The notes beneath the pieces were generated by a model. That model ran no database searches and was not told where the DNA came from. It worked only from the letters and a program-made list of their open reading frames with translations. A program made the position numbers and the translations under genes. 64,000 bases of DNA, taken from assembly GCA_937929825.1 (NCBI GenBank), contig CALFUV010000008.1, positions 11,838 through 75,837 on the forward strand, read 5' to 3'. The DNA is from an uncultured Patescibacteria group bacterium (lineage in GTDB: Bacteria > Patescibacteriota > Patescibacteriia > Veblenbacterales > UBA10138). Below are positions 8,746-21,838 of this stretch, one piece after another. Positions within the stretch are counted from its first letter, which is position 1; each line of letters starts with the position of its first letter.

Positions 8746-11673
8746 ATGCCAACAAAATCACTCAAAAATAATAATAACAGTCGTTCTACTAAATCTAAAA
8801 TAGGCAACGGTAGCAATGCCATTCCAACTGATAGTATAAGAATCCGCGGTGCGCGGGTGCATAATTTAAAGAACATTTCTTTGAATATTCCCCGGAATAA
8901 ACTGGTAGTTATTACCGGACTTTCCGGTTCAGGGAAATCTTCTTTAGCTTTTGACACCATATATGCTGAAGGACAAAGGCGTTATATAGAGTCACTCTCG
9001 GCTTACGCCAGGCAGTTTTTGGGTATGATGGATAAACCAGATGTGGATCAAATAGATGGACTTTCGCCGGCTATTTCTATTGATCAGAAGTCTACTTCAC
9101 ATAATCCACGTTCCACCGTAGGCACAGTTACGGAAATTTATGATTATTTAAGATTGCTCTACGCCCGCATTGGTATTCCTCATTGCCCTAATTGTGGCCG
9201 TGAAGTAAGCAAGCAGTCAATTGATCAGATAGTTAGTCGATTGTTGGAATTGCCTCAAGGTACAGAAATTTCTTTGCTTTCACCGGTAGTTAGAGATCAA
9301 AAAGGTGAGCATAAGAATACGGTAGCTGAACTTAAAAAGGCTGGTTATGTACGATTGCGTTTTGATGGTAAGCAAATTTCTATTGAAGAAGCCGAAGATT
9401 TGAAGGTGGATAAGCAAAAAAAACACACTGTGGAGGTAGTAGTAGATAGGTTAAAAATTAGTCACGAGTCTGACGATATAACACGTTTACATGATTCTTT
9501 GGAAACAGCCCTTGATTGGGGAGATGGTTTAGTAACAGTTTCTCGCCAAGATACCAGTGAAGATATGCTTTTTAGTCAGCATTTTTCTTGTCCGCACTGT
9601 CAGATTGATTTGCCAAATATTGAGCCGCGTAGCTTTTCTTTTAATTCTCCTCATGGCGCTTGCCCGACTTGTACTGGTTTGGGTACTAGGTTGGAAATTG
9701 ATCCGGATTTGGTAATTCCCAATAAAAAACTATCTTTAGCCGAAGGAGCTATTCGCCCCTGGAGTCGCACCAGTGCCAATCAAACTTGGTATTACCGTAT
9801 TTTAGAAGCAGTAGCGCGTGAATATGGTTTTGGTTTGAATCAGCCTGTATCAAAATTAACCCCGGCGCAATTAAAATTAGTGCTCTATGGTACAGGCAGT
9901 AAAAATTATAATGTAAATGCCGGTGCTGGCGAGGGAGGTAAGGTAAGAGCTTTTTATACAACTTATGAAGGAGTCATACCTAATTTGGAACGACGTTACC
10001 GAGAAACAGAATCAGATTATATGCGATCTGAAATTGAGCGCTATATGAGAGTTTGGCCTTGTTCGGCTTGCCAAGGCAAAAGATTAAAACCAGAAATTTT
10101 AGCTGTTACTGTAGTTGATAAAAGCATTGCTGAGGTGGTAAACATGTCTGTTACCGAAGCTGGTGAATTTTTTTACGAACTTGTAGCTCAGCACAAATTA
10201 AATGAGCGAGATATGAAAATCGCTCACACTATAATAAAAGAAATCAGGGAAAGACTTTCTTTTCTAAGTAATGTTGGTTTGGATTATTTAACATTAGATA
10301 GAGCCGCGGCCACTCTTTCCGGCGGTGAAGCTCAGCGTATTAGATTAGCTACACAAATTGGCTCATCTTTAGTAGGTGTTATTTATATTTTAGATGAACC
10401 TTCTATTGGTTTGCATCAACGCGATAACGATAAATTGATTACTACTCTTAAAAGTTTACGCGATCTGGGTAATACTGTAATAGTGGTGGAGCATGATAGA
10501 GAAACTATGCTGGCGGCAGATGAGCTAATTGATATTGGTCCCGGCGCCGGGAAACATGGGGGTGAAGTTATAGCACAAGGGTCGCCAAGTCAAGTAGCTC
10601 AAAATAACAAGTCGTTAACCGGAAAATATCTTAGCGGTCAGTTGGCAATTCCTGTGCCAGTAAAATCAAGAAAAGGTAATGGTAAGGTAATTACTATACA
10701 AGGTGCCCAAGAATTTAATTTAAAAAATATTACAGTGGATATTCCATTAGGTAAGTTTGTTTGTATCACCGGTGTTTCCGGCTCAGGTAAATCTACTCTA
10801 ATGACTGATATATTATCTCGTGCTCTAGCTCAGCATTTTTATAATGCCAAAGATCTGCCGGGTAAACACAAAGCCATTCGTGGGTTGGAACACATTGATA
10901 AAGTAATTACTATTGACCAATCACCAATCGGCCGTACGCCGCGGAGTAACCCCGCCACTTATACCGGAGTATTTACTCCTATTCGCGATCTTTTTTCACA
11001 ATTACCGGAAGCTAAAATTCGCGGTTATGATCCGGGCAGGTTTTCTTTCAATGTCAAAGGCGGACGCTGTGAGGCTTGTGAAGGTGATGGTTTAGTGCGG
11101 ATTGAAATGCATTTTTTACCCGATGTTTATGTGGAATGCGAAGAATGTCATGGCCGGCGCTACAATAGCCAAGCCTTGGAAATTCACTATAAAGGCAAAA
11201 ATATTGCCGATGTTTTACAAATGACCGCGGAAGAGGCTTTTGTTTTTTTTGAAAATGTGCCGGCAATTCAGCAAAAATTGAAAGTATTATGTGATGTGGG
11301 GTTGGGGTATATTCATTTGGGGCAAAGCGCTACCACACTTTCCGGCGGCGAGGCGCAAAGAATTAAGCTGGCTACGGAACTTTCTAGGCGTTCTACTGGA
11401 CGTACTCTTTATATTTTAGACGAACCAACTACCGGATTGCATTTTGAGGATATTAAAAGATTATTAGCCGTTTTGGCTGAATTGGTAGATAGAGGCAATA
11501 CTGTGTTGGTAATTGAACATAATTTGGATGTTATAAAGTGTGCTGATTGGATAATTGATTTGGGGCCGGAAGGCGGCAATAAAGGGGGTGAAGTGGTAGC
11601 ACTGGGCACGCCGCGAGATATAGCTAAATGCAAAAATAGTTACACCGGTCAGTGGCTGAAAAAGGTTTTGTAG
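8746..11673 (+). CDS. uvrA: Excinuclease ABC subunit A
   Basis: Two ABC modules ([27 protein letters not shown] twice) and zinc fingers. ATG at 8746 preferred over TTG at 8698. Confidence 0.97.
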   Translation: MPTKSLKNNNNSRSTKSKIGNGSNAIPTDSIRIRGARVHNLKNISLNIPRNKLVVITGLSGSGKSSLAFDTIYAEGQRRYIESLSAYARQFLGMMDKPDVDQIDGLSPAISIDQKSTSHNPRSTVGTVTEIYDYLRLLYARIGIPHCPNCGREVSKQSIDQIVSRLLELPQGTEISLLSPVVRDQKGEHKNTVAELKKAGYVRLRFDGKQISIEEAEDLKVDKQKKHTVEVVVDRLKISHESDDITRLHDSLETALDWGDGLVTVSRQDTSEDMLFSQHFSCPHCQIDLPNIEPRSFSFNSPHGACPTCTGLGTRLEIDPDLVIPNKKLSLAEGAIRPWSRTSANQTWYYRILEAVAREYGFGLNQPVSKLTPAQLKLVLYGTGSKNYNVNAGAGEGGKVRAFYTTYEGVIPNLERRYRETESDYMRSEIERYMRVWPCSACQGKRLKPEILAVTVVDKSIAEVVNMSVTEAGEFFYELVAQHKLNERDMKIAHTIIKEIRERLSFLSNVGLDYLTLDRAAATLSGGEAQRIRLATQIGSSLVGVIYILDEPSIGLHQRDNDKLITTLKSLRDLGNTVIVVEHDRETMLAADELIDIGPGAGKHGGEVIAQGSPSQVAQNNKSLTGKYLSGQLAIPVPVKSRKGNGKVITIQGAQEFNLKNITVDIPLGKFVCITGVSGSGKSTLMTDILSRALAQHFYNAKDLPGKHKAIRGLEHIDKVITIDQSPIGRTPRSNPATYTGVFTPIRDLFSQLPEAKIRGYDPGRFSFNVKGGRCEACEGDGLVRIEMHFLPDVYVECEECHGRRYNSQALEIHYKGKNIADVLQMTAEEAFVFFENVPAIQQKLKVLCDVGLGYIHLGQSATTLSGGEAQRIKLATELSRRSTGRTLYILDEPTTGLHFEDIKRLLAVLAELVDRGNTVLVIEHNLDVIKCADWIIDLGPEGGNKGGEVVALGTPRDIAKCKNSYTGQWLKKVL

Positions 11674-11792
11674 TGCAATTATTTATATTTAAGATATTAA
11701 ATAAATTAATAATATAGCTATTAATAGGTTAATGTTGGATACTTGTTGGTTTTATTATTGTCAACAAGTGATTTACGGATGATAATAAAGCT

Positions 11793-13094
11793 ATGAAATG
11801 GCCGGTTAAAAAAATACAACTCAGCTTGTTCTATTTGTTGGTATTTTTTTTACCCTGGCAAACTCGGTATATTTTTTATGAACCTTTGTTAAATGGCGGG
11901 GTTTGGGAGTACGGCAAACTCAGCCTGTACAGTTGGGATATAATTTTATTCATACTTATAGTTTGGTTATGGCCCCACATTAGACAGGAATTAATAGTGT
12001 TGTTTAAACAAAGCCGCGCTTGGTCTTTTTTTATAATGCTTGCTAGCTTAGCTTTTTTAATAGGGGGCTGGGCATATGATCCAATTTTATCTTTATATTG
12101 GGGAATACGTTTATTATGCGGTGGAGCATTGTGGTTAATATTGAGAATACTTAAACCAAAGATATCATTAATATTTCTCAGTTTAGCTCTAGCTGGTACT
12201 TTTCAGGCTATTTGGGGATTAGGACAGTTTGTTGTTCAGGATATACCAGCTAATAAATGGCTAGGTGTGGCCGCTCATCCTATAACTCAAGCAGGGACTT
12301 CTGTTTTATTAAATGAAGGCGGGCGCTGGTTGCGTGCTTATGGCGGGCAGGCACACCCTAATATTTTAGGAGGATTATTGGTGATTACATCCTTAGCCAC
12401 TGTTTGGTTAATAGTAAATTTAAAAATAAAAAATTGGCATTTTATTATTAGTCAGAAAATATTAAAAAGAGGATTATGGTTTATTTATATTCTTCAGCTT
12501 GTTGGTTTGTTTTTGGCCTTTTCTCGAGCGGCCTGGCTGGCTTTTTTTATATCACTTAGTTTATTTGTTGGAAGATTTTGGAATAGTAAAATAAAAAATA
12601 ATTTATCTCAATTTATGCCCTTAGTAGCAGCAGTAATTATTTTTATAATTATGGGAACTGTTTTGTGGCAGCCAACTCGCGCCAGATTAATTGGTGACAG
12701 CGTCAGCCGGTTAGAAAAACAAGCTATTGAAGAAAGAATTAGGGGTATGACTGAAAGTAAAAGTTTATTGGGTGCTAATTGGTGGCGCGGTGTTGGTTTG
12801 GGAAATTATACCAAAGCTTTAGCAATATATTCGCCCGGTTATCAATCTTATGTTTATCAGCCAGTACATAATATTTTTTTATTGATTTTAACGGAACTTG
12901 GTTTAGTTGGCCTAGTTTTGTGGATTTTATTTATTTGGCATATATTTAAAATTTACAAGCCGGCATTAATAATATTTTTAGTGCCGATTGGAATTACTGT
13001 TTTTTTTGACCATTATTGGTGGACTTCAGCTTCTATGTGGTTATTATTTTGGCTAGTAATAGCCCTGCCAGAGGGTGAATTAGATAGCTCTTGA
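11793..13094 (+). CDS. O-antigen ligase (Wzy_C)-family membrane protein
   Basis: Multi-TM; RAYG..HPNILGG, FSRAAW, GVGLGNY, PVHNIFLLILTELG. Confidence 0.85.
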   Translation: MKWPVKKIQLSLFYLLVFFLPWQTRYIFYEPLLNGGVWEYGKLSLYSWDIILFILIVWLWPHIRQELIVLFKQSRAWSFFIMLASLAFLIGGWAYDPILSLYWGIRLLCGGALWLILRILKPKISLIFLSLALAGTFQAIWGLGQFVVQDIPANKWLGVAAHPITQAGTSVLLNEGGRWLRAYGGQAHPNILGGLLVITSLATVWLIVNLKIKNWHFIISQKILKRGLWFIYILQLVGLFLAFSRAAWLAFFISLSLFVGRFWNSKIKNNLSQFMPLVAAVIIFIIMGTVLWQPTRARLIGDSVSRLEKQAIEERIRGMTESKSLLGANWWRGVGLGNYTKALAIYSPGYQSYVYQPVHNIFLLILTELGLVGLVLWILFIWHIFKIYKPALIIFLVPIGITVFFDHYWWTSASMWLLFWLVIALPEGELDSS

Positions 13095-13119
13095 CAGCTT
13101 TTTAGACCTTATTTAAAAT
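13091..13119 (+). promoter_or_regulatory. groESL sigma70 promoter
   Basis: TTGACA-17-TAAAAT immediately upstream of CIRCE. Confidence 0.8.
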
Positions 13120-13135
13120 AAGGATTGGCTGTTAA

Positions 13136-13162
13136 TTAGCACTCTCATATAAAGAGTGCTAA
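13136..13162 (+). promoter_or_regulatory. CIRCE element (HrcA operator)
   Basis: Perfect TTAGCACTC-N9-GAGTGCTAA upstream of groES. Confidence 0.97.
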
Positions 13163-13199
13163 TTACCTCAAATTTCTAATAATTAATTATATTTAACCT

Positions 13200-13496
13200 A
13201 TGAATTTAAAACTTAAACCCTTAGGTGATCATATTGTGGTTAAAGTGGTAAAGGAGGATAAAACCACTAAGTCAGGTATTGTCTTGCCTGATACAGTAGA
13301 TAAGGAAAAGCAGGAAACCGGCGAAGTTATAGCTGTGGGGCCGGGTAAATTACTTGATAATGGCAACCGTGCTCCTATGGAAGTTAAACCGGGCGATAAG
13401 GTGCTATTTAAGAAATACTCTTTAGATGAATTTAAAATTGACGAGGAAGAGTTTGGTACTCTCCAACTTTCTGACGTCATTGCAATTATTGAATAA
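13200..13496 (+). CDS. groES: Co-chaperonin GroES
   Basis: LKPLGDH, TKSGIVLPDT, AVGPG. Confidence 0.97.
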   Translation: MNLKLKPLGDHIVVKVVKEDKTTKSGIVLPDTVDKEKQETGEVIAVGPGKLLDNGNRAPMEVKPGDKVLFKKYSLDEFKIDEEEFGTLQLSDVIAIIE

Positions 13497-13507
13497 TTAA
13501 TTTTTAA

Positions 13508-15145
<1,638 letters not shown>

Positions 15146-15170
15146 ATCTGGCATACTAGAACTAGTATTT

Positions 15171-15201
15171 AAATCCCTGCACTAAAAATGCAGGGATTTT
15201 T
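15171..15201 (+). terminator. groEL terminator
   Basis: AAATCCCTGCA / TGCAGGGATTT followed by a T-tract. Confidence 0.85.
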
Positions 15202-15239
15202 GTTTATTTTTTTATAAAAAAAAATTATAATTACAATAT

Positions 15240-15692
15240 ATGACAAATGATAGTAATATAGGTTTATTTGGCCAGCCGATGCGCTGGTATGTGGACAGGG
15301 TTGAGTGGCCTTTTGTGGGATTAAGTTTGTTTTTTATTTTTGGTTTTTTAGTAAGTTATTGGATTGAGTTTCCATATCTTGAGGTGGTAGCTCCATTAGT
15401 GTTGATAGCTCAATTAGTAGGAGCTATTTTTACAGCTTATTTTGCGGGAATTCGTTCTGGAGCTACAGTTGCCCAAATTATAGTCACTTGCTTTTTGGTA
15501 GGTTTTGTCAGCGGAGTAATTAACGCTTTTCTTTCTCTTATTCGTTTTGTTTTTATTTATCCTTGGCTTTTGCTAAACTTAATTACAGAGCCGGTATGGA
15601 GTGGTTTGCTGGCTGGGGTTATGGGTTTAATAACCATTGGTTTTTTCCGTTTACCTAAGATTATGAATTCGGTAAAAAATAATCACTTATAA
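15240..15692 (+). CDS. Hypothetical 4-TM membrane protein
   Basis: Hydrophobic ORF of 150 aa. Confidence 0.75.
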   Translation: MTNDSNIGLFGQPMRWYVDRVEWPFVGLSLFFIFGFLVSYWIEFPYLEVVAPLVLIAQLVGAIFTAYFAGIRSGATVAQIIVTCFLVGFVSGVINAFLSLIRFVFIYPWLLLNLITEPVWSGLLAGVMGLITIGFFRLPKIMNSVKNNHL

Positions 15693-15792
15693 TACAGAGT
15701 TAAAATATTAGTTTTTTGTAAATTTTTGTGATATGAGAAGAGGTGAATTATATATAAATTTATTAATTTAATTCTTAACTAATCTATAACTT

Positions 15793-16119
15793 ATGCCAAA
15801 TGAACAAGCCAATCCATCAGTCGGAAATTCCGTTTCTGACGATAAGGTTTTTGCCGTTATGAGCTATCTTTGGGTACTATGTCTTATTCCGCTGCTCATG
15901 AAGCGGGGTAATGCTTTTATTCAAAGCCATGCCAAGCAGGGTTTTTTGCTTTTCTTATTTGAAGTAGTTATTTGGGTGCTAATGTTTATTCCTCCTTTAT
16001 ATTTTATTGGCGTATTAGTAGCATTTGTTTTTTCTATTATGGGAATTTTAAACGCTCTTCAGGGTAAAGAATGGGAAATGCCGGTTTTGGGCGTTTATGC
16101 TAAAAAACTGAATTTTTAA
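15793..16119 (+). CDS. DUF4870-like small membrane protein
   Basis: AVMSYL...HAKQG...GILNALQGKEWEMPVLG pattern. Confidence 0.8.
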   Translation: MPNEQANPSVGNSVSDDKVFAVMSYLWVLCLIPLLMKRGNAFIQSHAKQGFLLFLFEVVIWVLMFIPPLYFIGVLVAFVFSIMGILNALQGKEWEMPVLGVYAKKLNF

Positions 16120-16146
16120 ATTACGATTTGTAGTTATATATGGTAT

Positions 16147-16180
16147 AATTTTGGAGCCTATTAAAGGCTCCAAAATTTTT
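16147..16180 (+). terminator. Hairpin between the DUF4870-like gene and ppsA (probable terminator)
   Basis: AATTTTGGAGCCT / AGGCTCCAAAATT followed by a T-run; overlaps a TATAAT at 16144-16149. Confidence 0.55.
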
Positions 16181-16205
16181 TAATTCATAATCTATTTAAG
16201 TTTCT

Positions 16206-18626
16206 ATGCCCAATTCCCGTGCCAAGCAATTTGTTTTGCCCTTTAATCAAATAACCATTAAAGATATTCCACTAGTTGGCGGTAAAGGAGCCTCTTTGGG
16301 TGAAATGTATCAACGTCTTACTCCTAAGGGGGTAAAAATCCCTCCGGGATTTGCAGTGACAGCTTATGCTTATCGTTATTTTTTGAAAAAAGCTAAGATA
16401 GAGCAAAAAATCAAGGAAATTTTAAAAGATTTGGACACCCACAATTTAAAGGATTTAGCTGAACGCGGTCGGGCAGTACGGCAGGCGATAATGGAGGCTG
16501 AATTTCCTCCTGAAATTAAAAAGGTTATTTTAACCGAGTATCATAAACTTTCCAAAAAGTATGGTGTTAAGAATGTAGATGTGGCTGTGCGCTCTTCAGC
16601 TACAGCGGAAGATTTGCCTGATGCTTCTTTTGCCGGTCAACAGGAAAGCTATTTAAATATTGTGGGGGGGGAAGCTTTGCTTAAAGCCTGTCGTGAGTGC
16701 ATGGCCTCTCTTTTTACCGATAGGGCAATTTCTTACCGTGTGGATAAGCATTTTGATCATTTTAAAATTGGTCTTTCTATTGTTGTACAAAAGATGGTGC
16801 GATCTGATAAGGCTTGCTCTGGGGTAATGTTTACTATTGATACCGAAAGTGGTTTTCGCGATGTGATTCTTATAAACAGTTCTTGGGGGTTGGGTGAATA
16901 CATTGTTAAGGGTATGGTAACGCCTGATGAATTTTTGGTTTTCAAACCCACTCTTCGTCAAGGCTTCTCGTCTATTATTAATCAGCAATTGGGTAGTAAA
17001 GAGAAAAAATTGGTTTATGCTTCAAGTGGCGCTAAACCAACCAAAGAGTTGATTGTTAAACAACGCGATCGCAATCGTTTTTCATTAAAGCAGGCGGAAG
17101 TAATGCAGTTGGCGCGTTGGGGGATGATTATTGAAGAGCATTATAAAAGACCTATGGATACTGAATGGGCTAAGGATGGTAAAACCGGTGAGCTTTATAT
17201 AGTCCAGGCGCGGCCTGAAACAGTAGAAGCCATAAAGTCACGTAATATAATTGAGAATTATAAACTTAAGAAATCAGGCAAAGTTTTAATAGAAGGCATT
17301 GCTGTGGGTGCCAAAATAGGACAAGGACCAGTACAGCTGATTAAATCTGTCAAAGAAATAAGTAAGTTTAAAAAAGGATCGGTGTTGGTAACAGAGATGA
17401 CCGACCCGGATTGGGAGCCTGTAATGAAACAAGCTACAGCCATAGTAACAGATTCTGGTGGGCGGACCTGTCACGCCGCTATTGTCAGTCGCGAATTAGG
17501 AATTCCATGTATTGTAGGCACAGGCAAGGCTACACATATTTTAAAAACGAATCAGACTGTTACTGTTTCTTGTGCTGAGGGTGAACAAGGTAAAGTTTAT
17601 GAAGGCATATTGCCATACGAAGTAGAGCGCACCAATATAAGAAATATTGGTCGCCCTAAAACAAAAATTATGATGAATGTAGGTGAACCGCATCAGGCAT
17701 TTAGTTTTTCTTTTTTACCCAATGACGGTGTAGGGTTGGCCCGTGAGGAATTTATTATCAACAATGCTATTAAAATTCATCCCTTAGCTTTAATCAATTA
17801 TGATAAGTTAAAGGATAAAAAAGCCAAGGCGCAAATAGCTAAGCTTACGGTAGGTTATCTTGCCAAGCCTCGTTATTTTATAGATAAACTAGCTCAAGGC
17901 GTGGGGCAAATAGCTGCGGCTTTTTATCCCAAAGACGTTATTATTAGGTTGTCTGATTTTAAAACCAATGAATACGCCGGATTAATTGGCGGCCGAGAAT
18001 TTGAGCCCAAAGAGGAAAACCCCATGATTGGCTGGCGCGGTGCTTCACGTTATTATTCCCCTGCTTATGAGCCTGCTTTCCGTTTGGAGTGTAAAGCCTT
18101 AAGAAAAGTTCGTGAGGAGTTTGGCTTGAAGAACTTAAAAATAATGATACCGTTTTGCCGCACAGTGGAAGAGGGTGAGCAGGTTTTGAAAATAATGGCT
18201 GCGGAAGGCCTGAAGCAGGGCAAAGATGGTTTGCAAGTGTATGTAATGTGCGAGATTCCTTCCAATGTCATATTGGCACGAGATTTTGCTCGCATTTTTG
18301 ATGGCTTTTCCATCGGTTCCAATGATCTCACCCAATTAACCTTGGGTATTGATAGGGATTCCGGGATATTAAAAGTAGCAGGTGTATCCAACGAAAAGAA
18401 TGAAGCAGTTAAAACTCTTATTAGACAGGTTATTAAAGAAGCCAAATTACAGGGCAAAAAAATAGGTATTTGCGGACAAGGTCCTTCTGATTTCCCTGAT
18501 TTTGCTGAATTTTTGGTGCGTGAAGGAATAGATTCGCTATCTTTAAACCCTGATTCAGTTTTAAATACTACCTTAAATATTGTTAAGTTAGAAAAAAGCT
18601 TGGAACTCAAGCGTGGTAAAAAGTAA
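16206..18626 (+). CDS. ppsA: Phosphoenolpyruvate synthase
   Basis: VGGKGASLGEM, VAVRSSATAED, GGRTCHAAIVSRE, ENPMIGWRGASRY, FSIGSNDLTQ, GICGQ. Confidence 0.97.
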   Translation: MPNSRAKQFVLPFNQITIKDIPLVGGKGASLGEMYQRLTPKGVKIPPGFAVTAYAYRYFLKKAKIEQKIKEILKDLDTHNLKDLAERGRAVRQAIMEAEFPPEIKKVILTEYHKLSKKYGVKNVDVAVRSSATAEDLPDASFAGQQESYLNIVGGEALLKACRECMASLFTDRAISYRVDKHFDHFKIGLSIVVQKMVRSDKACSGVMFTIDTESGFRDVILINSSWGLGEYIVKGMVTPDEFLVFKPTLRQGFSSIINQQLGSKEKKLVYASSGAKPTKELIVKQRDRNRFSLKQAEVMQLARWGMIIEEHYKRPMDTEWAKDGKTGELYIVQARPETVEAIKSRNIIENYKLKKSGKVLIEGIAVGAKIGQGPVQLIKSVKEISKFKKGSVLVTEMTDPDWEPVMKQATAIVTDSGGRTCHAAIVSRELGIPCIVGTGKATHILKTNQTVTVSCAEGEQGKVYEGILPYEVERTNIRNIGRPKTKIMMNVGEPHQAFSFSFLPNDGVGLAREEFIINNAIKIHPLALINYDKLKDKKAKAQIAKLTVGYLAKPRYFIDKLAQGVGQIAAAFYPKDVIIRLSDFKTNEYAGLIGGREFEPKEENPMIGWRGASRYYSPAYEPAFRLECKALRKVREEFGLKNLKIMIPFCRTVEEGEQVLKIMAAEGLKQGKDGLQVYVMCEIPSNVILARDFARIFDGFSIGSNDLTQLTLGIDRDSGILKVAGVSNEKNEAVKTLIRQVIKEAKLQGKKIGICGQGPSDFPDFAEFLVREGIDSLSLNPDSVLNTTLNIVKLEKSLELKRGKK

Positions 18627-18636
18627 TAATTGGCAT

Positions 18637-18673
18637 ATAACAAAAAAGCGTGACCTTGACGCTTTTTTGTTAT
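18637..18673 (+). terminator. ppsA terminator overlapping the -35 of the next gene
   Basis: ATAACAAAAAAGCGT / ACGCTTTTTTGTTAT; TTGACG at 18656 with TG-c-TAGGTT 17 bp downstream. Confidence 0.75.
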
Positions 18674-18751
18674 TTTGCTAGGTTAATTTTTGCCCTTTAA
18701 AATAGTTCTTATTAAATAAAATAAATTTCAAAAATATTAAGGAGATTTATA

Positions 18752-19054
18752 ATGGGAATTTTGCGTAATCAAGGTATTGATCTTACCTACTTAAATAAAC
18801 AAATCAGCCAAATTATTGGTGATAATAAAATTAATGGTGGAGTTGTAAAACAAGGAAAGTTTTTGATGGTATCTATTCCTAAGGGGACGTTACCTAAATT
18901 ACATAACCCGATTGAATTGTCGGGCAATGATATCAGAAGTAAATATGCAAAGCGTGTTTGTCATCGTAGGTACAATGAAAAAACAAATAAGTTTGTAATA
19001 AAATCAAAACATGCCGCCAGCCTTATTGCCTGTATAAAAGACTGTGTTAATTGA
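18752..19054 (+). CDS. Hypothetical small basic protein
   Basis: 100 aa; SD AAGGAG; own promoter and terminator. Confidence 0.65.
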   Translation: MGILRNQGIDLTYLNKQISQIIGDNKINGGVVKQGKFLMVSIPKGTLPKLHNPIELSGNDIRSKYAKRVCHRRYNEKTNKFVIKSKHAASLIACIKDCVN

Positions 19055-19059
19055 TTTTT

Positions 19060-19090
19060 GCCTTGGATTAATAATTAATCCAAGGCCTTT
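19060..19090 (+). terminator. Intrinsic terminator
   Basis: GCCTTGGATTA / TAATCCAAGGC. Confidence 0.7.
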
Positions 19091-19148
19091 ATTTTTACTT
19101 TGATTTGTGGTATTTTAAAATTCGCTCTGTTATTGTATTTATATGTAT

Positions 19149-19236
<88 letters not shown>

Positions 19237-19365
19237 ATTTACAATTTCAGCATTTTTGATGGTTGTTGCCTCGCGCTCGTTCCTCTCGGTCTTGGTTTCC
19301 GTTGTGATTTTGAAGATGATTAAAAAAGTTTATATCATGTTAGAGAAATTATTAAGCAATTATAT

Positions 19366-20061
19366 ATGCTAAAAGAATCGCAGATGATTCAAGGTTCGGA
19401 TAATTTAGATAATGATAGAGAAAAATTAGAAAAAGAAATTAGAGAAAAGTTGCATCTTTATCATCAAACCTCAAAAGAAAAGTGGCAGCAAATACAAAAA
19501 ATAGGCGCTATTCTTAGTGAAAGAGAATTATTAAATAGAGGATTAATCACAAAGGAACAACTTAATGATTTTGAAACAACCAGCACCGGAGAATTAGATA
19601 GAGAAGCGGGACGTGATAATTATGTTTTTGCTAGCCATAAACCGGCTGGTTATGGAGAAGTAACTTTAGAAATTGATTTATCAGTTCTTGATCTTCCGGA
19701 AACAAAAGTATCTACAGCAGGTGAATATTTGATGCACGCGGTTGATGAGGATGATCAGAATTATTATCAGAATTCATTAATATCCGGCACAGAGTTTATA
19801 AAGTATTTAATTAATTTTTTGCCAACTTTGCCCAATAAAGAATGGTTTTGGAATAATTGTCAAGAAGATTTAGAATTGGCAAAGTTTATAGGAGAGGCTC
19901 ATTTAGATAAATATCAAAAAGGAGATAAGATTAAATTTAGACAATATTGGAAACTCTTTCCAGAAATAATGTTTGCCCAAGAGCTACCATTAAAATATAT
20001 AAAAAGAGTAATTATTGATGGAGTAGAACAGCCGATTAAAAATTACAACGCTGATAATTAA
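19366..20061 (+). CDS. Hypothetical protein, possible ADP-ribosyltransferase (DarT/Tpt1-like) fold
   Basis: LYHQTS...GAILS...NYVFAS...PEIMFAQELPLKYIKRV spacing resembles the ART-fold strands; fold call is an inference. Confidence 0.5.
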   Translation: MLKESQMIQGSDNLDNDREKLEKEIREKLHLYHQTSKEKWQQIQKIGAILSERELLNRGLITKEQLNDFETTSTGELDREAGRDNYVFASHKPAGYGEVTLEIDLSVLDLPETKVSTAGEYLMHAVDEDDQNYYQNSLISGTEFIKYLINFLPTLPNKEWFWNNCQEDLELAKFIGEAHLDKYQKGDKIKFRQYWKLFPEIMFAQELPLKYIKRVIIDGVEQPIKNYNADN

Positions 20062-20063
20062 TT

Positions 20064-21824
20064 ATGTCTAACGAAGTTGAACTAATAAAATCACGTCTGG
20101 ACATAGTGGATGTGATAGGCGAGTATGTGCGCCTTAAGCAGGCCGGCGCTAACTGGAAAGGTTTGTGCCCATTTCACAGTGAAAAGACTCCCAGCTTTAT
20201 GGTACACAAAGAAAAGCAGATTTGGCATTGTTTTGGTTGTGGAATAGGCGGAGATATTTTTGAATTCATACAAAAAATTGAAAATGTGGAATTTCCCGAA
20301 GCTTTGGAAATTTTAGCGCGTAAAGCCGGGGTAGAGCTTAGTCGCCAAAGTAGGGGAATGCCAGCTAATAAACGCACTAGATTATTTCATTTATTGGCAG
20401 AGGCGGCTGTTTATTATCAAGAACAACTTAAAACTAACTCTATTGCCCGACAATATCTGGCTAAAAGAGGGGTATCTGAAGATATAATTAAAGAATTTGG
20501 CTTAGGATATGCGCCAGCCGAGTGGGATAAGCTTAGCAACTATTTACGTAATAAAGGTTTTATTTTAGAGGAATTGTTTAATGCCGGAGTGTCTTTAAAA
20601 AGTGATCGTGGCCCAGGTCTATATGATCGTTTTCGTGATCGTTTGATGTTTCCTATTTGTGATATTCAGGAACGAGTAGTTGGTTTTGGCGGACGCATTT
20701 TGGATTCAGTGGCTCGAGAAGCTAAATATATTAATTCTCCTCAAGGGCCTATTTATAATAAAAGTTTGATTCTTTATAATCTAAATAAAGCCAAAGACTA
20801 TATTCGCTCTGTTGGCTATGCTTTGCTGGTCGAGGGATATATGGATGTCATTGGTGTTTGGCAAGCCGGCATTAAAAATGTGGTGTCTACCTCTGGCACA
20901 TCCTTAACTTCTGAACAAGTTAAATTATTAAAAAGATATACTAATGAAATAAGGTTATGTTTTGATGCAGATTTAGCCGGCGAAACAGCCACCGGGCGAG
21001 GTATTGATTTAGCTTTATCTGCGGAAATGGAAGTAAAAATAATAACTTTGTCTCAGGGGAAAGATCCAGATGAAGCAGTGCGTTTTAATTTATCTAGTTT
21101 TAAACAAGATATTGAGCGAGCCTTGCCCATAGGCGATTATGCTTTTGCAGCAGTTATGAAAAAAGTAGATGTAAAAACTCGCGAAGGTAAAAAGCAAGCA
21201 GCTAAATTATTATTGCAGGCCATAGCTAAATTACCCGATCCGGTGGAAAGAGATTTTTATCTCAAACGTTTAGCTAGGGAGCTGGAAGTTGATGAAAAAA
21301 GTTTACGGGAAAGCCTTCCTGTAAATAAAGGAATTGTAATTACTCAATTACCAGCACCGCTTCCGTCCGAACGTCCCAGTCGAGAGCAGATGCTTGCTGA
21401 AAGATTTATTGTTTTACTTATTAAATTTGGCCATCAGCTTTGGTCACTGGCAAAAGAGTTAGAGCCCGCTATGTTAACTTCTCCCTTAGCTGAACTTTAC
21501 AGACAAGCACTTTTGCAGTATACTGAGAACCAACGTTTCGATTTTAATGAGCTCAAAAACGAGTTTAATAACGAACCAACGTTTAATCGACTTATAGATG
21601 TGCTTTGTATAAGAGCCGAGCATGAATTTTCAGATTTTTCTTTACCGGAGGCCGAGAAAGAATTGGCCCGCGTGATTCACGAAATTAAACTCGGTTATTT
21701 AAAGCGTCAGCTTAAATTATTGAGCGAGGCTATTACTGCGGCTGAACAAGCGGGTCGCACTACAGAACTGGAGAATCTTACTTTGCGTTATCGTGAACTA
21801 ACGCAACAGATTGCCCAATTATAA
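20064..21824 (+). CDS. dnaG: DNA primase
   Basis: [11 protein letters not shown]...CFGC zinc ribbon, [29 protein letters not shown]. Confidence 0.97.
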   Translation: MSNEVELIKSRLDIVDVIGEYVRLKQAGANWKGLCPFHSEKTPSFMVHKEKQIWHCFGCGIGGDIFEFIQKIENVEFPEALEILARKAGVELSRQSRGMPANKRTRLFHLLAEAAVYYQEQLKTNSIARQYLAKRGVSEDIIKEFGLGYAPAEWDKLSNYLRNKGFILEELFNAGVSLKSDRGPGLYDRFRDRLMFPICDIQERVVGFGGRILDSVAREAKYINSPQGPIYNKSLILYNLNKAKDYIRSVGYALLVEGYMDVIGVWQAGIKNVVSTSGTSLTSEQVKLLKRYTNEIRLCFDADLAGETATGRGIDLALSAEMEVKIITLSQGKDPDEAVRFNLSSFKQDIERALPIGDYAFAAVMKKVDVKTREGKKQAAKLLLQAIAKLPDPVERDFYLKRLARELEVDEKSLRESLPVNKGIVITQLPAPLPSERPSREQMLAERFIVLLIKFGHQLWSLAKELEPAMLTSPLAELYRQALLQYTENQRFDFNELKNEFNNEPTFNRLIDVLCIRAEHEFSDFSLPEAEKELARVIHEIKLGYLKRQLKLLSEAITAAEQAGRTTELENLTLRYRELTQQIAQL

Positions 21825-21838
21825 GTTTATTTATTGTT

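Noticed and set aside
3687-11673. Absence of uvrB from the pcrA-uvrC-uvrA cluster
   Set aside because: uvrB is often located elsewhere; this cannot be judged from one window.
18065-18643. 192-aa antisense ORF in ppsA, and similar shadows in groEL, uvrA and others
   Set aside because: Expected antisense open frames of conserved genes; no independent signals.
19262-19302. Pyrimidine-rich GC patch after tRNA-Ser (and a similar one near 53260-53292)
   Set aside because: It may be a decayed repeat, but it is too short and degenerate to support; no att duplication of the tRNA 3' end and no integrase seen.
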